64,000 nucleotides of DNA from Candidatus Saccharimonadales bacterium (GCA_035480575.1 DATIHR010000022.1:750-64749), one strand, 5' to 3'. Counted from the stretch's first letter, positions 19,412 to 29,409 are shown. The notes: generated by a model from the sequence alone, not told the origin. Numbers and translations are program-made.

Positions 19412-19519
19412 ATGAGTAAGTTTAGGTACAATATGACGCCAAAAGAGCGCCGCATTGCAGCGTACAAGCACAGCAAATTACACGGTAAGCATGGCGGTTC
19501 TGCACGCTACGCTATGTAG
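19412..19519 (+). CDS. 35-aa basic small protein (MSKFRYNMTPKERRIAAYKHSKLHGKHGGSARYAM)
   Basis: GGAGG upstream; fills the gap exactly and stops 3 nt from the convergent APH stop. Confidence 0.45.
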   Translation: MSKFRYNMTPKERRIAAYKHSKLHGKHGGSARYAM

Positions 19520-19522
19520 ACA

Positions 19523-20446
19523 TTACCAAAGTAGTGCGAGCGTTTTATCGGTAACAGCTTTTAGACCGTCCCAGTTTTGTTGAAAGGCATTCCAGCCTTG
19601 GGCATCAAGCCCGATATGCAGTTTGTAGCACAGCATGCGCTCTTTGAAGTTGTTGACCTGCAGGCCTGTAGCTTCGTAATGGGCGGCCGCTTGTTCGTCC
19701 CAGTTAATGTCTTTCATAGCGTGATACCAGGGCGACCAAAAGGAGAGCCAAGCGAGGTCGTACAAAAAATCGCCGCGCATGGAGTTGCCCCAGTCCAGGA
19801 CGCCAGCAATATGGCCGTCCTCGACAAGCACGTTTTTGTAGAGCAAGTCGCTGTGTATAAGGTGCGGTTCTTCGGGGCAAAAGTGCACGAGTTTTTGCAG
19901 TTGGTCGAGCGCCTGGTTAAAGCCATTCAGGCCAACGGGCGAGGCGGCAAGTTTGTCTTTCCAGCCGTGCATGCGGCTATCTATGTTGTCATTGCCGGCG
20001 TCGGCAATATGTTCTTGCCACGAGCTATATGGCCCTATGCCTTTGCCGTTCCACCGGCCGTAGCCGCTCAGTTCCGCTGTACTGGCATTGCGCAGCCCAT
20101 CCAGCATCTCGAGTACGGCTGGTACGGTGCGCTGCATGTCGGCTTGGTTAAGGCTGTCTAGTATGTGCCCTTGTATGTATTCGGATATGGCAAAATAGCC
20201 ATCCAACGCTTCGCCAACTTCCAGAATGCGCGGGATGGGTAGTTTTTCGCCGGCAAAGCTGGCAGCAAGCTCGTCCTTTAAAAAGTCTTCCTCGCGCTGG
20301 CTAAACCGTATAACGTGCTGGACACCGGAATACATGTAGCAAAAGGCTTGCGACGATGCGCCCCCGTTAATAATGGTTACTTCGTTTACGGCAGGACCAA
20401 TGTGTTCGGTTAAGAATGCAGTTACTTGGTCTATGCTCAGGGCCAT
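19523..20446 (-). CDS. Aminoglycoside phosphotransferase family kinase (APH(4)/hygromycin-kinase-like)
   Basis: HSDLLYKNVLV and GVLDWG motifs; AAGGAG Shine-Dalgarno before the ATG at 20446. Confidence 0.85.
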   Translation of the reverse strand: MALSIDQVTAFLTEHIGPAVNEVTIINGGASSQAFCYMYSGVQHVIRFSQREEDFLKDELAASFAGEKLPIPRILEVGEALDGYFAISEYIQGHILDSLNQADMQRTVPAVLEMLDGLRNASTAELSGYGRWNGKGIGPYSSWQEHIADAGNDNIDSRMHGWKDKLAASPVGLNGFNQALDQLQKLVHFCPEEPHLIHSDLLYKNVLVEDGHIAGVLDWGNSMRGDFLYDLAWLSFWSPWYHAMKDINWDEQAAAHYEATGLQVNNFKERMLCYKLHIGLDAQGWNAFQQNWDGLKAVTDKTLALLW

Positions 20447-20476
20447 GGCGTACTCCTTTCCCCCATTGTATATCAA

Positions 20477-20638
20477 AGAACCCATTTCAAATCTCCCCCC
20501 AGCTACAAAACCACCTGACGGTGCCATATTTCAGTTTTGTTCGTCACCGTAACTACAGTTACGCTTCCTCGCAAGAACTAAAATCTGGCACTCGCCAGCT
20601 GCTTTTTCGCTATCGCGGGGAGATCTGAAATGGGTTCT
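20477..20638. repeat. 162-bp rod-like imperfect palindrome
   Basis: 22-bp terminal inverted repeats (21/22), inner inverted repeat 20521-20537/20575-20591 (14/17) and apical CGTAAC-TACA-GTTACG. Confidence 0.85.
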
Positions 20639-20714
20639 AGGTAAAATACTTCACTGCCAAAGTGCCTGCTTGTTTCTATAGTGCAATGAGCTTACTAATG
20701 TAAGGGGGTGCGCC

Positions 20715-20873
20715 ATGGGTTTTCTAGATGATCTTAAGAGTGATATGAGTGACGAATCGCGCGAGCGCTACGAAGAGCTAAAGCACCGCGAAGCCGCGGG
20801 CGACCTGGACGACCAAGCGCGGGCCGAACTGAACCAGCTTCGTGAGCGGTTCGAATATAGCGAGAGCAGCTAG
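20715..20873 (+). CDS. 52-aa acidic helical small protein (MGFLDDLKSDMSDESRERYEEL...)
   Basis: AAGGGGGT upstream; amphipathic, protein-like composition. Confidence 0.6.
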   Translation: MGFLDDLKSDMSDESRERYEELKHREAAGDLDDQARAELNQLRERFEYSESS

Positions 20874-20912
20874 CCAACAGGTTAAAAATCTGCTATATTT
20901 ACCCTGTTATAC

Positions 20913-20989
20913 GGCAGGGTAGCTCAGCTGGTTAGAGCACAGGACTCATAAGCCTGGGGTCGCGAGTTCAAGTCTCGCCCCTGCTACCA
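20913..20989 (+). tRNA. Elongator tRNA-Met (CAU)
   Basis: GGCAGGG acceptor stem, CTCATAA loop, CCA encoded; A31.G39 mismatch. Confidence 0.85.
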
Positions 20990-21022
20990 AGTAAATGCCC
21001 CACCGCAGGTGGGGTTTTTACT
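20990..21022 (+). terminator. Intrinsic terminator of tRNA-Met
   Basis: CCCCACC-GCA-GGTGGGG followed by TTTTT. Confidence 0.85.
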
Positions 21023-21065
21023 TGGTCAGAGGCCAGGTTAGTTTAATAAGTTATAGTATTTTATT

Positions 21066-21536
21066 ATGCGCATTCACTATGTCTGCCTTGGCAATGCTTA
21101 CCGAAGCCCTATAGCCGAAGCTTACACGAAATTCTACCTAGAGTCTCAAGGGATTGAAGGGATTGCAGTAGTGTCGAGCGGCACGATTGCTAGCGAGGAG
21201 TATGAACATACTCGGCCTGTTGCTGCGAGTACATGCAGGTTTCTTGGTGGCAAGGGCTTGGCAGCATATGCCAAAACAGATTCAGACCAGTTGACGCCGG
21301 AGCTTATTAGGCATGGTGATATTACAGTTTGTATGAACGCAAAGGTGCGCGAAGGGTACGATCAGATTGCACAGCTTCCGAATCAGACAACGTATACCTG
21401 GGACATAACTGATTCAGATGAGTGCGGACAGCCGGCACCAGTACCAGGCGGCGAAAAATGGCTAGAGCACACCGAGCGTATTTACAAGCAAATTACTGAT
21501 TTGGTACACGAGCTAGTGCATCGACAGATTGCGTAG
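21066..21536 (+). CDS. Low-molecular-weight phosphatase/ArsC-like protein
   Basis: P-loop CLGNAYRS, SSGT and D+VCM motifs. Confidence 0.8.
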   Translation: MRIHYVCLGNAYRSPIAEAYTKFYLESQGIEGIAVVSSGTIASEEYEHTRPVAASTCRFLGGKGLAAYAKTDSDQLTPELIRHGDITVCMNAKVREGYDQIAQLPNQTTYTWDITDSDECGQPAPVPGGEKWLEHTERIYKQITDLVHELVHRQIA

Positions 21537-21638
21537 CCAGCAACCTTTCGCAACCACGTACAGTTAGTCGATCCGTGGATAGCATATTGTGTGTAGAAGT
21601 TTAGTTGCTGAAAGCAATAGCAGGTATACTGAATATTT

Positions 21639-22298
21639 GTGACTTCTATTCATACGCTTGATTTGATTGGCGTGTTTGCGTTTGCCATATATGGGGCGCG
21701 CAGGGCGATAATGGCTAAGTTTGATCTGTTCGGCGTGCTGCTGTGTGCGGCGCTTACTGCGGTAGGTGGCGGTACGATTCGCGAGGCAATCCTGCACGGC
21801 ACACCTGCCTACCTGCATGATTACAGCTACGGCATTGCAATAGTGGTTGGGGTGTTCTGCGCAATCGCCATACACGATTATTTTAGGAAGCTCGAAAAAT
21901 ATTTGCTGCGCGTGGATGCGATTGGCGTCGCTGTTTTTGCGTATATTGGAGCGCGCCGGGCAGATGAAGCTGGCTTAGGGCTTCTGGCAATGGTTCTATT
22001 TGCGGTACTAACAGCAGTTGGCGGCGGCACACTAACCGACGTTATTACTCGGCGAAAGCCAGAGGCGCTGTATAAGGATTTTTATCCATTGGCTGCCATA
22101 GTGCTGGCTACTGGGTATTATCTTGTTCGCCCTGCAGCCAGGGAGGTGCCGGTTGCACTGGCGTTGATTGCGCTGGCGTTCGCGGTGCGGCTTGCCTCGT
22201 TGCAGTTTAAATGTAAGCTGTGGCGGCCATATAACGGACTACGCATAAAACTCAAACTGCCGGTGTGGCGCCGCCGGCTTGCGCCCGAAGCCGAGTAA
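21639..22298 (+). CDS. TRIC channel/UPF0126 (YadS-like) membrane protein
   Basis: Duplicated TAVGGGTIR/TAVGGGTLT motifs; DAIGVAVF. Confidence 0.9.
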   Translation: MTSIHTLDLIGVFAFAIYGARRAIMAKFDLFGVLLCAALTAVGGGTIREAILHGTPAYLHDYSYGIAIVVGVFCAIAIHDYFRKLEKYLLRVDAIGVAVFAYIGARRADEAGLGLLAMVLFAVLTAVGGGTLTDVITRRKPEALYKDFYPLAAIVLATGYYLVRPAAREVPVALALIALAFAVRLASLQFKCKLWRPYNGLRIKLKLPVWRRRLAPEAE

Positions 22299-22299
22299 A

Positions 22300-22854
22300 T
22301 TATAAGAGCTGTATAACCTGGGCATGCGGTGGGGTGTCGTGCGGTTTGGGGTCGCGGTACTCGTCGGTGTAGGGTATGTGTTTGATGCTTCGTACGAATG
22401 CGCGGCCAAAGCCACCGTGGCTGACAACCAGGATGTTATTTTCGAAGCGCTCCTGAATGGCCTGCAGGGTATCGCGGGCGCGGTCTTGCAAGACGGCAAC
22501 GGTTTCGGCGCCCTGGATGTAATCGATGTTTTTATACTCGCGGCCGTCGGCATAAAAGAAGTCATACGGCCTGCCCTTTAGCTCGCCAAGCTCGCGCTCG
22601 CGGACGAAGTTGGATAGTTCTATGTGGGCTGTATCTACACCCAGCACTTCAGCAGCAATAGTGGCGGTTTCGCGGGCGCGGGCTAGCGGGGAGGTAATGA
22701 TAAGGTCTATGGTAATGCCTTCGGCTTTGGCGGCTTCGGCTGCGGCGCGAACTTGCAAACGGCCATTGTCGCTCAGTGGTTCGTCATCGGTATTAAACTG
22801 TTGGCTTGCGTCAGCTGCAGTGACGCCATTGCGCATAAAGTAAAGTTTCTGCAT
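22300..22854 (-). CDS. Histidine phosphatase family protein with RHG changed to RNG
   Basis: YFMRNG, TSPLARARETA, ERELGELKG and VVSHGG. Confidence 0.85.
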   Translation of the reverse strand: MQKLYFMRNGVTAADASQQFNTDDEPLSDNGRLQVRAAAEAAKAEGITIDLIITSPLARARETATIAAEVLGVDTAHIELSNFVRERELGELKGRPYDFFYADGREYKNIDYIQGAETVAVLQDRARDTLQAIQERFENNILVVSHGGFGRAFVRSIKHIPYTDEYRDPKPHDTPPHAQVIQLL

Positions 22855-22869
22855 TTGCCTTATTATAGC

Positions 22870-23289
22870 TTACGCGAATAGTTCGGGTTTTATGGCGCGT
22901 AGGTTAGACCAGAAGGGCTCAAAAAGTGGTGCGGGGAGGCTATGTAGCCTGCACCACTGTACCTCGGCTATTTTGTCTGGTTCTTTGCTTCTGGGTTCGT
23001 TAGCTGCCCAGTCGGCGGTTAGCCAAATACTTATGTAGTGCTTGTGGTCGGCCGCAAGCACGTCGTTCGTGACCGCCAAAAAATGGACATTTTTTATTTC
23101 GACGCCCACCTCTTCGAGTGCCTCACGTCGTGCACATGCCTCCCACGATTCGCCAAACTCCAAGTGTCCAGCTGGGATGGCCCAAGTGTTGGCTCCATGC
23201 GACCCCCGCCGTTTAAAGATAATAACCTTGCCGTCGCGCCATACAAGTACGCATACGCCCACCCCTGGGCGGACAGGTCGATGCTGCAT
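22870..23289 (-). CDS. NUDIX hydrolase (MutT/NUDT15-like)
   Basis: Nudix box GHLEFGESWEACARREALEEVG. Confidence 0.9.
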   Translation of the reverse strand: MQHRPVRPGVGVCVLVWRDGKVIIFKRRGSHGANTWAIPAGHLEFGESWEACARREALEEVGVEIKNVHFLAVTNDVLAADHKHYISIWLTADWAANEPRSKEPDKIAEVQWCRLHSLPAPLFEPFWSNLRAIKPELFA

Positions 23290-23308
23290 AGCTGATACTA
23301 TGGTGTAT

Positions 23309-24199
23309 ATGGATATTGCAATCAAGCCTGGTACATACATTGTTGCCGTGTCAGGTGGTGTGGACAGTATGGTGCTCCTTGATCTGCTCGCTCGGCAGAA
23401 AGAGGATTTGCGGCTGATTGTAGCGCATTTCGAACACGGCATTCGGCCGGATTCCGAAGCCGATTTTAAGCTGGTACAGGCTGCCGCTAAAAAATACGGT
23501 CTGCCATTCGCAGCTGCCCACGGCAAACTAGGCCCGGATGCGAGCGAGGCTGCGGCCCGGACTGCCCGCTACGCTTTTCTGGAGCAGCTGCTGGCAGAGG
23601 AAAAAGCCGACGCCATTATTACCGCCCACCATCAAGACGATGTGCTTGAAACGGCTATTTTGAATATGCTGCGCGGCACCGGACGCCTTGGCCTCAGTTC
23701 GTTACGCTCGCGCGATCACCTGCTTCGGCCCTTACTTGGTTATTCTAAGCAGGGCATACTGGATTACGCGGCCCAGCACGATATTGTGTGGCACGAGGAT
23801 AGCACTAATGCCGACGAGCGGTACTTACGTAATTACATTCGTCATAGTATCGTGCCCCGGCTGGGCGTACAGGGTAGGGCTATGCTTTTGGAGCGCATCG
23901 AACAAGCCCGGGCTATTAACGACCAAATTGACGAGTTACTCAATAAAGATATAGACCTCCAGCCGGCACCTGATCAGTTGGGGCGCAAGTGGTTTATACA
24001 ATTGCCTTACGCTGTATCTACCGAGGTTATGGCGACGTGGCTGCGCCGGCAGGGGATTACGCAATTTGACCGCACGCTTATAGATAGTTTAGTAGTACAA
24101 GCCAAAACCAAGGCGTCCGGCAAAATGGCAGATATTGATGCAGGGCATATGTTGAAATTCAGCAAGGAAAATATACATCTGACCACTCGACGGAATTAG
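23309..24199 (+). CDS. tilS: tRNA(Ile)-lysidine synthetase, short form
   Basis: AVSGGVDS, AHHQDD, WHEDSTN and RNYIRH. Confidence 0.95.
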   Translation: MDIAIKPGTYIVAVSGGVDSMVLLDLLARQKEDLRLIVAHFEHGIRPDSEADFKLVQAAAKKYGLPFAAAHGKLGPDASEAAARTARYAFLEQLLAEEKADAIITAHHQDDVLETAILNMLRGTGRLGLSSLRSRDHLLRPLLGYSKQGILDYAAQHDIVWHEDSTNADERYLRNYIRHSIVPRLGVQGRAMLLERIEQARAINDQIDELLNKDIDLQPAPDQLGRKWFIQLPYAVSTEVMATWLRRQGITQFDRTLIDSLVVQAKTKASGKMADIDAGHMLKFSKENIHLTTRRN

Positions 24200-24215
24200 T
24201 GTATAATTTTATGAT

Positions 24216-26090
24216 ATGGACTCATCTAAAAAACCGTTTTCCCGTAATTCTAAGCGCCCCGGTGGTGCAAAGCGTGGCTTTAAAAGCGCTGGCTTTATAG
24301 CGCTGCTTATATTGTTTGGCATGATTGTGTTTGCCTTTTATGGGCAAGCCGGCGGCCAAAAAGCCATTCCAATGACCGACGCCATTCGTGACAGCAATGC
24401 TGGCAAATACAGCAAGCTGGAACTTTCCGGCAATGAGCTGGCCATTACTAAAAAGGGCGAGAGTAAACCAAGCCTCAAGACCTACATAGAGCCAAATGCT
24501 ACTTTGCGCGAAGAAGGCTTTAACCTAAACACCGTTACCGTCGATCCTAAGCCGCAAAGCAGCACAAGTTCTACGATAGCCAGCATTGCGATATCGCTGC
24601 TGCCGGTTATTATTATTGCCGGCCTCTTGTTCTTTATGCTCAGAAGTGCGCAGGGGCAGGGGAACCAAGCGCTGAGCTTTGGCAAGAGCCGTGCCCGCTT
24701 GTACGGTAACGAGAAAGACAAGGTAACATTTACCGACATTGCTGGCAGTGCCGAAGCCAAGCAAGACCTGCAAGAAGTTGTAGAGTTTTTGAAGTTTCCC
24801 AAAAAGTTTGCCCACCTGGGCGCCCGTATTCCAAAGGGCGTTTTGTTAGTTGGCCCTCCGGGTACTGGTAAAACCATGCTCGCCCGCGCTGTTGCTGGCG
24901 AGGCGAACGTACCGTTCTTTAGCATTTCGGGTTCTGAATTTGTGGAGATGTTCGTGGGTGTCGGTGCTAGTCGTGTTCGTGATTTGTTTGCAAAGGCTAA
25001 GAAGAACGCACCATGCATTATATTTGTCGATGAAATTGATGCTGTTGGCCGCAAGCGCGGTAGTGGCATGGGCGGCGGCCACGACGAACGCGAGCAAACT
25101 CTTAACCAGATATTGGTAGAAATGGACGGATTCGAACAAGGCCAAAACGTTATTGTGCTGGCTGCTACCAACCGCGCCGACGTGCTCGACCCTGCCCTGC
25201 TCCGCCCGGGCCGGTTTGACCGTCGTGTTAACATCGACCTGCCTGACCGCAAAGATCGCGCAGCAATCCTTAAGGTGCACTTTGCCAAGAAGCCGGTTAG
25301 CGCCAGTGTCGATATTGACGCGCTTGCCGCAAAATCTGCCGGTTCGTCGGGTGCCGACCTTGCGAACATCGCTAACGAAGCGGCCATTATTGCCGCTCGC
25401 CTCAACCACAAAGAAATCTCCAACGACGACGTTACTGCTGCGTTCGAGAAGGTCGCCATTGGCCCCGAGCGCAAGAGCAAGATAATGAGCGACAAAGAGA
25501 AGGAGCTGACCGCTTACCACGAGGCGGGACACGCGCTCGTCGGCCATGTCATGCCAGACAGTGACCCCATCCATAAAGTTACGATTATTCCCCGTGGCGG
25601 TACCGGCGGTGTTACATGGGCAATTCCACCCGAAGATAAAAGCTACCACAGTATTGTCGAATACAAGGACGTGCTAGCCCGTATGCTGGGCGGCCGTATT
25701 GCTGAAGAAGTTGTATACGGCGCAGACCGTGTAACCACTGGCGCAGGGAGCGACCTGCAAAAGGCAGCCGAACTAGCCCGCGAAATGGTCGTAAACCAGG
25801 GCATGGGCAAACGGTTGCGCGACCAAGTGTTCCATGTAGATGATGGCATGATGCTTGACCGCCTGGTGCACGAACGTGAATATTCCGACGAGACTGCCAA
25901 AGTTATTGACGACGAGGTCGAGGCGCTCATTACCGAAGCCGCCAACCGTGCTCGCTTAGTTATTAAGGCGAACCTAGACAAACTTAGGGCGCTTAAAGAC
26001 CGGTTAATCGAGAAAGAAACGGTCGACGCCGACGAAGTCAAAAAGGTCTTCGCAGGCAGTACTATGCCTAAATCTGCTGCTTTGTACTAA
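24216..26090 (+). CDS. ftsH: ATP-dependent zinc metalloprotease FtsH
   Basis: 2 TMs, GPPGTGKT Walker A, HEAGH zinc motif. Confidence 0.98.
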   Translation: MDSSKKPFSRNSKRPGGAKRGFKSAGFIALLILFGMIVFAFYGQAGGQKAIPMTDAIRDSNAGKYSKLELSGNELAITKKGESKPSLKTYIEPNATLREEGFNLNTVTVDPKPQSSTSSTIASIAISLLPVIIIAGLLFFMLRSAQGQGNQALSFGKSRARLYGNEKDKVTFTDIAGSAEAKQDLQEVVEFLKFPKKFAHLGARIPKGVLLVGPPGTGKTMLARAVAGEANVPFFSISGSEFVEMFVGVGASRVRDLFAKAKKNAPCIIFVDEIDAVGRKRGSGMGGGHDEREQTLNQILVEMDGFEQGQNVIVLAATNRADVLDPALLRPGRFDRRVNIDLPDRKDRAAILKVHFAKKPVSASVDIDALAAKSAGSSGADLANIANEAAIIAARLNHKEISNDDVTAAFEKVAIGPERKSKIMSDKEKELTAYHEAGHALVGHVMPDSDPIHKVTIIPRGGTGGVTWAIPPEDKSYHSIVEYKDVLARMLGGRIAEEVVYGADRVTTGAGSDLQKAAELAREMVVNQGMGKRLRDQVFHVDDGMMLDRLVHEREYSDETAKVIDDEVEALITEAANRARLVIKANLDKLRALKDRLIEKETVDADEVKKVFAGSTMPKSAALY

Positions 26091-26194
26091 ACTCAGACTA
26101 CTCGTGCAATACGGACTCGGTGGCAAAATACAGGCTAAGTGATATTCCGCTTTAAAACCTATATACTGGAGACAGCTAAAAGCCTCGATTTTCC

Positions 26195-27835
26195 ATGCAA
26201 GAAACCCAGCCAACCAAAACAAAAAAGCGCATCCCGCTCACAAATGTAGCCCTGCTACTCATTGGTGCGGCACTTATTGGACAGCTGTTGGGTTTTTTGC
26301 GGACCAAGCTGGTGAATGGTAACTTCCCGGCTGTTGGACCGGATAGTACCGATGCATACTTTGCGGCGTTTATTATTCCGGATTTCTTTTTTTATACCCT
26401 GGCTGCGGGTGTACTAGGCGTCGCGCTGATACCGGTACTGGCCGACAGGTTACAAAAGGGCGACCGCAAGGGAATGTGGGAAGTGTGCGCCAGCTTACTT
26501 AACTTTCTAAGTATTATTATGGCCTTGGTAGCAATGGTTATTTTTGTGTTTGCCGACCCACTTATGTCGCAGCTTGCCCATAGGTTAACGCCTGAACAGC
26601 ACGATAACGCGGTGACTATTATGCGTTTACTTGCCCTAAACCCCCTGTTATTTACAATCTCGGGCATTTTAACGAGTGTCCAGCAAACTATGGGGCGGTT
26701 TTTCTTTTTTGCCATTGCCCCGCTGTTTTATAACCTGTCTATTATTGTCAGTATTTATGTCTTTCCCTGCCATCAAGTGCATGGTGTGTGCCAGGCGGGT
26801 GGCTTGGGCCTGAAAGGCCTGGGCGTTGGGGCGTTTGTTGGCGGCATACTCCAGCTAGCGGTAGTGTGCTTTGGACTTATTGGCACGCGGTTTACGTGGC
26901 GCCCCAAAATTACGTGGCGCAACGCCGACTTCAGGACAGTACTTAACCAACTGCCGCCGCGTTCGCTCGACCAAGGCATAGACCAAATTCAAACTATGGT
27001 CGAGACTCGTTTAGCAAGCGGTTTGGGGCAGGGTGTTATTACGTACTACAACAACGCCTATATTTTACAGACGGCCCCCACCCTGCTTATTGGTACAGCC
27101 ATTTCTACAGCAGCGTTTCCGCGCCTTGCGCAGCGGCTTAGCCAAGGACGGCCAGATTTATTTAGGCGCGATTTTTTGCGCATTTTACGGTTCATGATTT
27201 GGCTGACTATACCGGTCGCCATTATTTGTTACCTCGGCCGTGGCTACCTCGCGCGTATTATTTTTACGACCGGTGCGCCGCAAATTGCGCTTATTTTCGG
27301 CTTCTTGGCTGCTGCTATATTTTTCAGGACTATTTACACCATTGTGTCGCGTTGGTTTTATGCCCAAAAAGATACCAAAACTCCGCTGTTTGTATCGATG
27401 TTTACCATTGCCTTTAACATTGTCGCAACAGTAATGTTGGCCCGGCCTTCGGCATATGGCATGGCTGGCCTGGCCCTTTCGGTTTCGCTTGCGTCTATGA
27501 TAGAAGTGCTCATATTGGGCGTCATTATGGTGACGCGCGACCGCGCGCTGCTTAATATGCCGTTTTGGGGTGGTGTGGGTCGTATTGTGTCCGTGGGCGG
27601 TTTTAGCATGCTGGCGGGCTACATTGCCGTTAAGTATTTCCCGTTAGGGTTAGCCGATCGAGGTATAACGCTGGGTGTTAAGCTTGGCTTTATCGCACTG
27701 GCAACATTTGTGGTGCACATTGCAGTATCCGGCCTGTTTGGGTTGGAAGAAGCGCGGCCGATTTTCGCTGGCATTAAGCGTATTGTACTCATGCCTATTA
27801 AGGGTATTGCTACCTACTACGACCCGAATAAATAG
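26195..27835 (+). CDS. murJ: Lipid II flippase MurJ/MviN
   Basis: MOP-family membrane protein; DAYFAAFIIPD and RWFYAQKDTKTP. Confidence 0.92.
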   Translation: MQETQPTKTKKRIPLTNVALLLIGAALIGQLLGFLRTKLVNGNFPAVGPDSTDAYFAAFIIPDFFFYTLAAGVLGVALIPVLADRLQKGDRKGMWEVCASLLNFLSIIMALVAMVIFVFADPLMSQLAHRLTPEQHDNAVTIMRLLALNPLLFTISGILTSVQQTMGRFFFFAIAPLFYNLSIIVSIYVFPCHQVHGVCQAGGLGLKGLGVGAFVGGILQLAVVCFGLIGTRFTWRPKITWRNADFRTVLNQLPPRSLDQGIDQIQTMVETRLASGLGQGVITYYNNAYILQTAPTLLIGTAISTAAFPRLAQRLSQGRPDLFRRDFLRILRFMIWLTIPVAIICYLGRGYLARIIFTTGAPQIALIFGFLAAAIFFRTIYTIVSRWFYAQKDTKTPLFVSMFTIAFNIVATVMLARPSAYGMAGLALSVSLASMIEVLILGVIMVTRDRALLNMPFWGGVGRIVSVGGFSMLAGYIAVKYFPLGLADRGITLGVKLGFIALATFVVHIAVSGLFGLEEARPIFAGIKRIVLMPIKGIATYYDPNK

Positions 27836-28840
27836 CTACGGTACGAACTGTGGATCGCGGACCTCAAAATCGATAGACGCTATAAGAGCAGGCCTGGGGC
27901 TTTGTGTGTGCGAGGACGCTTCTGGCCTGTACTCGATCTGAATGGGCGCGTGCAGTGGTTCGCCTGCTGCATTTTCCCATGCTGCGAATAATGCGGTGTC
28001 GCGTACAAGTATGCCTGGCGTAACGCGCGTTGAGCCGTCGCTGTACGCATGTAGTTCTGCGGCTGGCTGTACGAACCGCCTTGGGGGGACTCCTGGGGCG
28101 ACGGCGTTTGTGAAAGATCGGTATGAATGTTCTGCTTTGATGGTGTCTGTTAGTACCCACCCAGTGCTGTTGTTAACCAGATCTTCGCGCCAGGTAAATA
28201 TCGCGCCGGCTTTTTTTTGTTTTTTCTCACCTTGATAAGGGTGCGCGAAGTAGATCGTTACTCTGTCTTCTGGCTTGAGCATAGCGGTAACGCGAGGATC
28301 GTTTATGTCGATTTTGCCGTCGAACATAAACTGTACGTCAAGCTTATCTAGCTCTATTTGTCGGGTTACTTCATTGCCAAGAATGCGTTCTTGCTCTGCG
28401 GTAATATTGCCGGCAACGATGCCTTCGGCACGGGCTAGGATTGCCTTGCGAGCACTGTCGTGCAGCTGTTTAGCTAGTTTTTGATCGGTTTCAACGCGTC
28501 GTTGTACTTCTTGTAAGATATCTGCACCTTGTGTCGCCTCTATATCCGCTAACACTTGTCGGTATAACTCTTGGCGGTGTTGGGCTTCGTAGCGGGCGGC
28601 TAGTTCTTTTTTGGCTTTTTGGGCTTGGCGGAGCATGACATTTTCGTAAGCGATACGGCCAATTTCATCTTTGTGGCCGCCTTGCTGTATTAAACTTTGG
28701 GTCTCGGCATCTAGTTCTTGTGCGAGCGTCAGGAAGCCAAGCAGCGGTTCGATATCAGTATATTGTCGCTGCCAGTAGTCTCGCTCCGTGACTACCTCAT
28801 TGTGTACCTCTCTACTAACCCATGGCCATGGCATATGCAA
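27836..28840 (-). CDS. Hypothetical coiled-coil protein
   Basis: 334-aa ORF with charged heptad-rich N-terminal half. Confidence 0.65.
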   Translation of the reverse strand: MHMPWPWVSREVHNEVVTERDYWQRQYTDIEPLLGFLTLAQELDAETQSLIQQGGHKDEIGRIAYENVMLRQAQKAKKELAARYEAQHRQELYRQVLADIEATQGADILQEVQRRVETDQKLAKQLHDSARKAILARAEGIVAGNITAEQERILGNEVTRQIELDKLDVQFMFDGKIDINDPRVTAMLKPEDRVTIYFAHPYQGEKKQKKAGAIFTWREDLVNNSTGWVLTDTIKAEHSYRSFTNAVAPGVPPRRFVQPAAELHAYSDGSTRVTPGILVRDTALFAAWENAAGEPLHAPIQIEYRPEASSHTQSPRPALIASIDFEVRDPQFVP

Positions 28841-28905
28841 CGTTCCCTATATTGGTAACAATATACTACATGTCGTCAATAATATGGTCTAGGCTATTAT
28901 TTGAG

Positions 28906-29409
28906 CTAAGGCGCGGAGTTGTCGTAGTTATCAATACAAGCCGTGTTATGGCTGCTTGGGTTGTCGGGTTCGATCAGGGTCCATACAACGTATAGGTTGC
29001 GGTCGATATTGCTTCCCGCAACTGGCTCGCCGGCTGTGCCGTTACCGTATTTGTTACACCAATGGGCTTGCTGGACGGCTATGGTGTCCATAGCTGGGAA
29101 GTAGTTGTTGCTTTGGTTACGGTCCCTAAACTCTATGGCGTAGTACTTGGTAAGCTCGGGTGTGTTGTTTTTGAAGGTGTCGAACTCGGCGCTCGTGGTC
29201 GGGTAGTGGCCGTAGGTGTTGTAATATTCGACCAACGCACCACCGATAAGCTCCATGGTGTGTTTGCGCCGGTTGTTGCGTTCGTTGCGTTGCATGGAGG
29301 GCACGGCAATAAACAGTGCCAATATTATGATGCCAACAATAGCCAACACGATAATGACCTCAATAATAGTGAAGCCAGTCATTTGCTTGCGGAGTCGTAA
29401 CTGTTTCAT
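28906..29409 (-). CDS. Type IV pilin/pseudopilin
   Basis: G/FTIIEVIIVLAIVGII methylation motif; C-terminal Cys pair. Confidence 0.9.
   Translation of the reverse strand: MKQLRLRKQMTGFTIIEVIIVLAIVGIIILALFIAVPSMQRNERNNRRKHTMELIGGALVEYYNTYGHYPTTSAEFDTFKNNTPELTKYYAIEFRDRNQSNNYFPAMDTIAVQQAHWCNKYGNGTAGEPVAGSNIDRNLYVVWTLIEPDNPSSHNTACIDNYDNSAP

Noticed and set aside
20477-20638. Canonical integron attC for this palindrome or for 56390-56488
   Set aside because: The RYYYAAC...GTTRRRY terminal boxes are absent and there is no IntI in the window.
8485-24199. All three CAU tRNAs and tilS within 16 kb as a functional cluster
   Set aside because: They are separately transcribed and interspersed with unrelated genes; chance proximity in a small genome is plausible.
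24482-25649. Long antisense ORFs over ftsH, and similar ones over APH, dnaK, dnaJ, recA and yebC
   Set aside because: Shadow frames of well-supported genes with no recognisable motifs.
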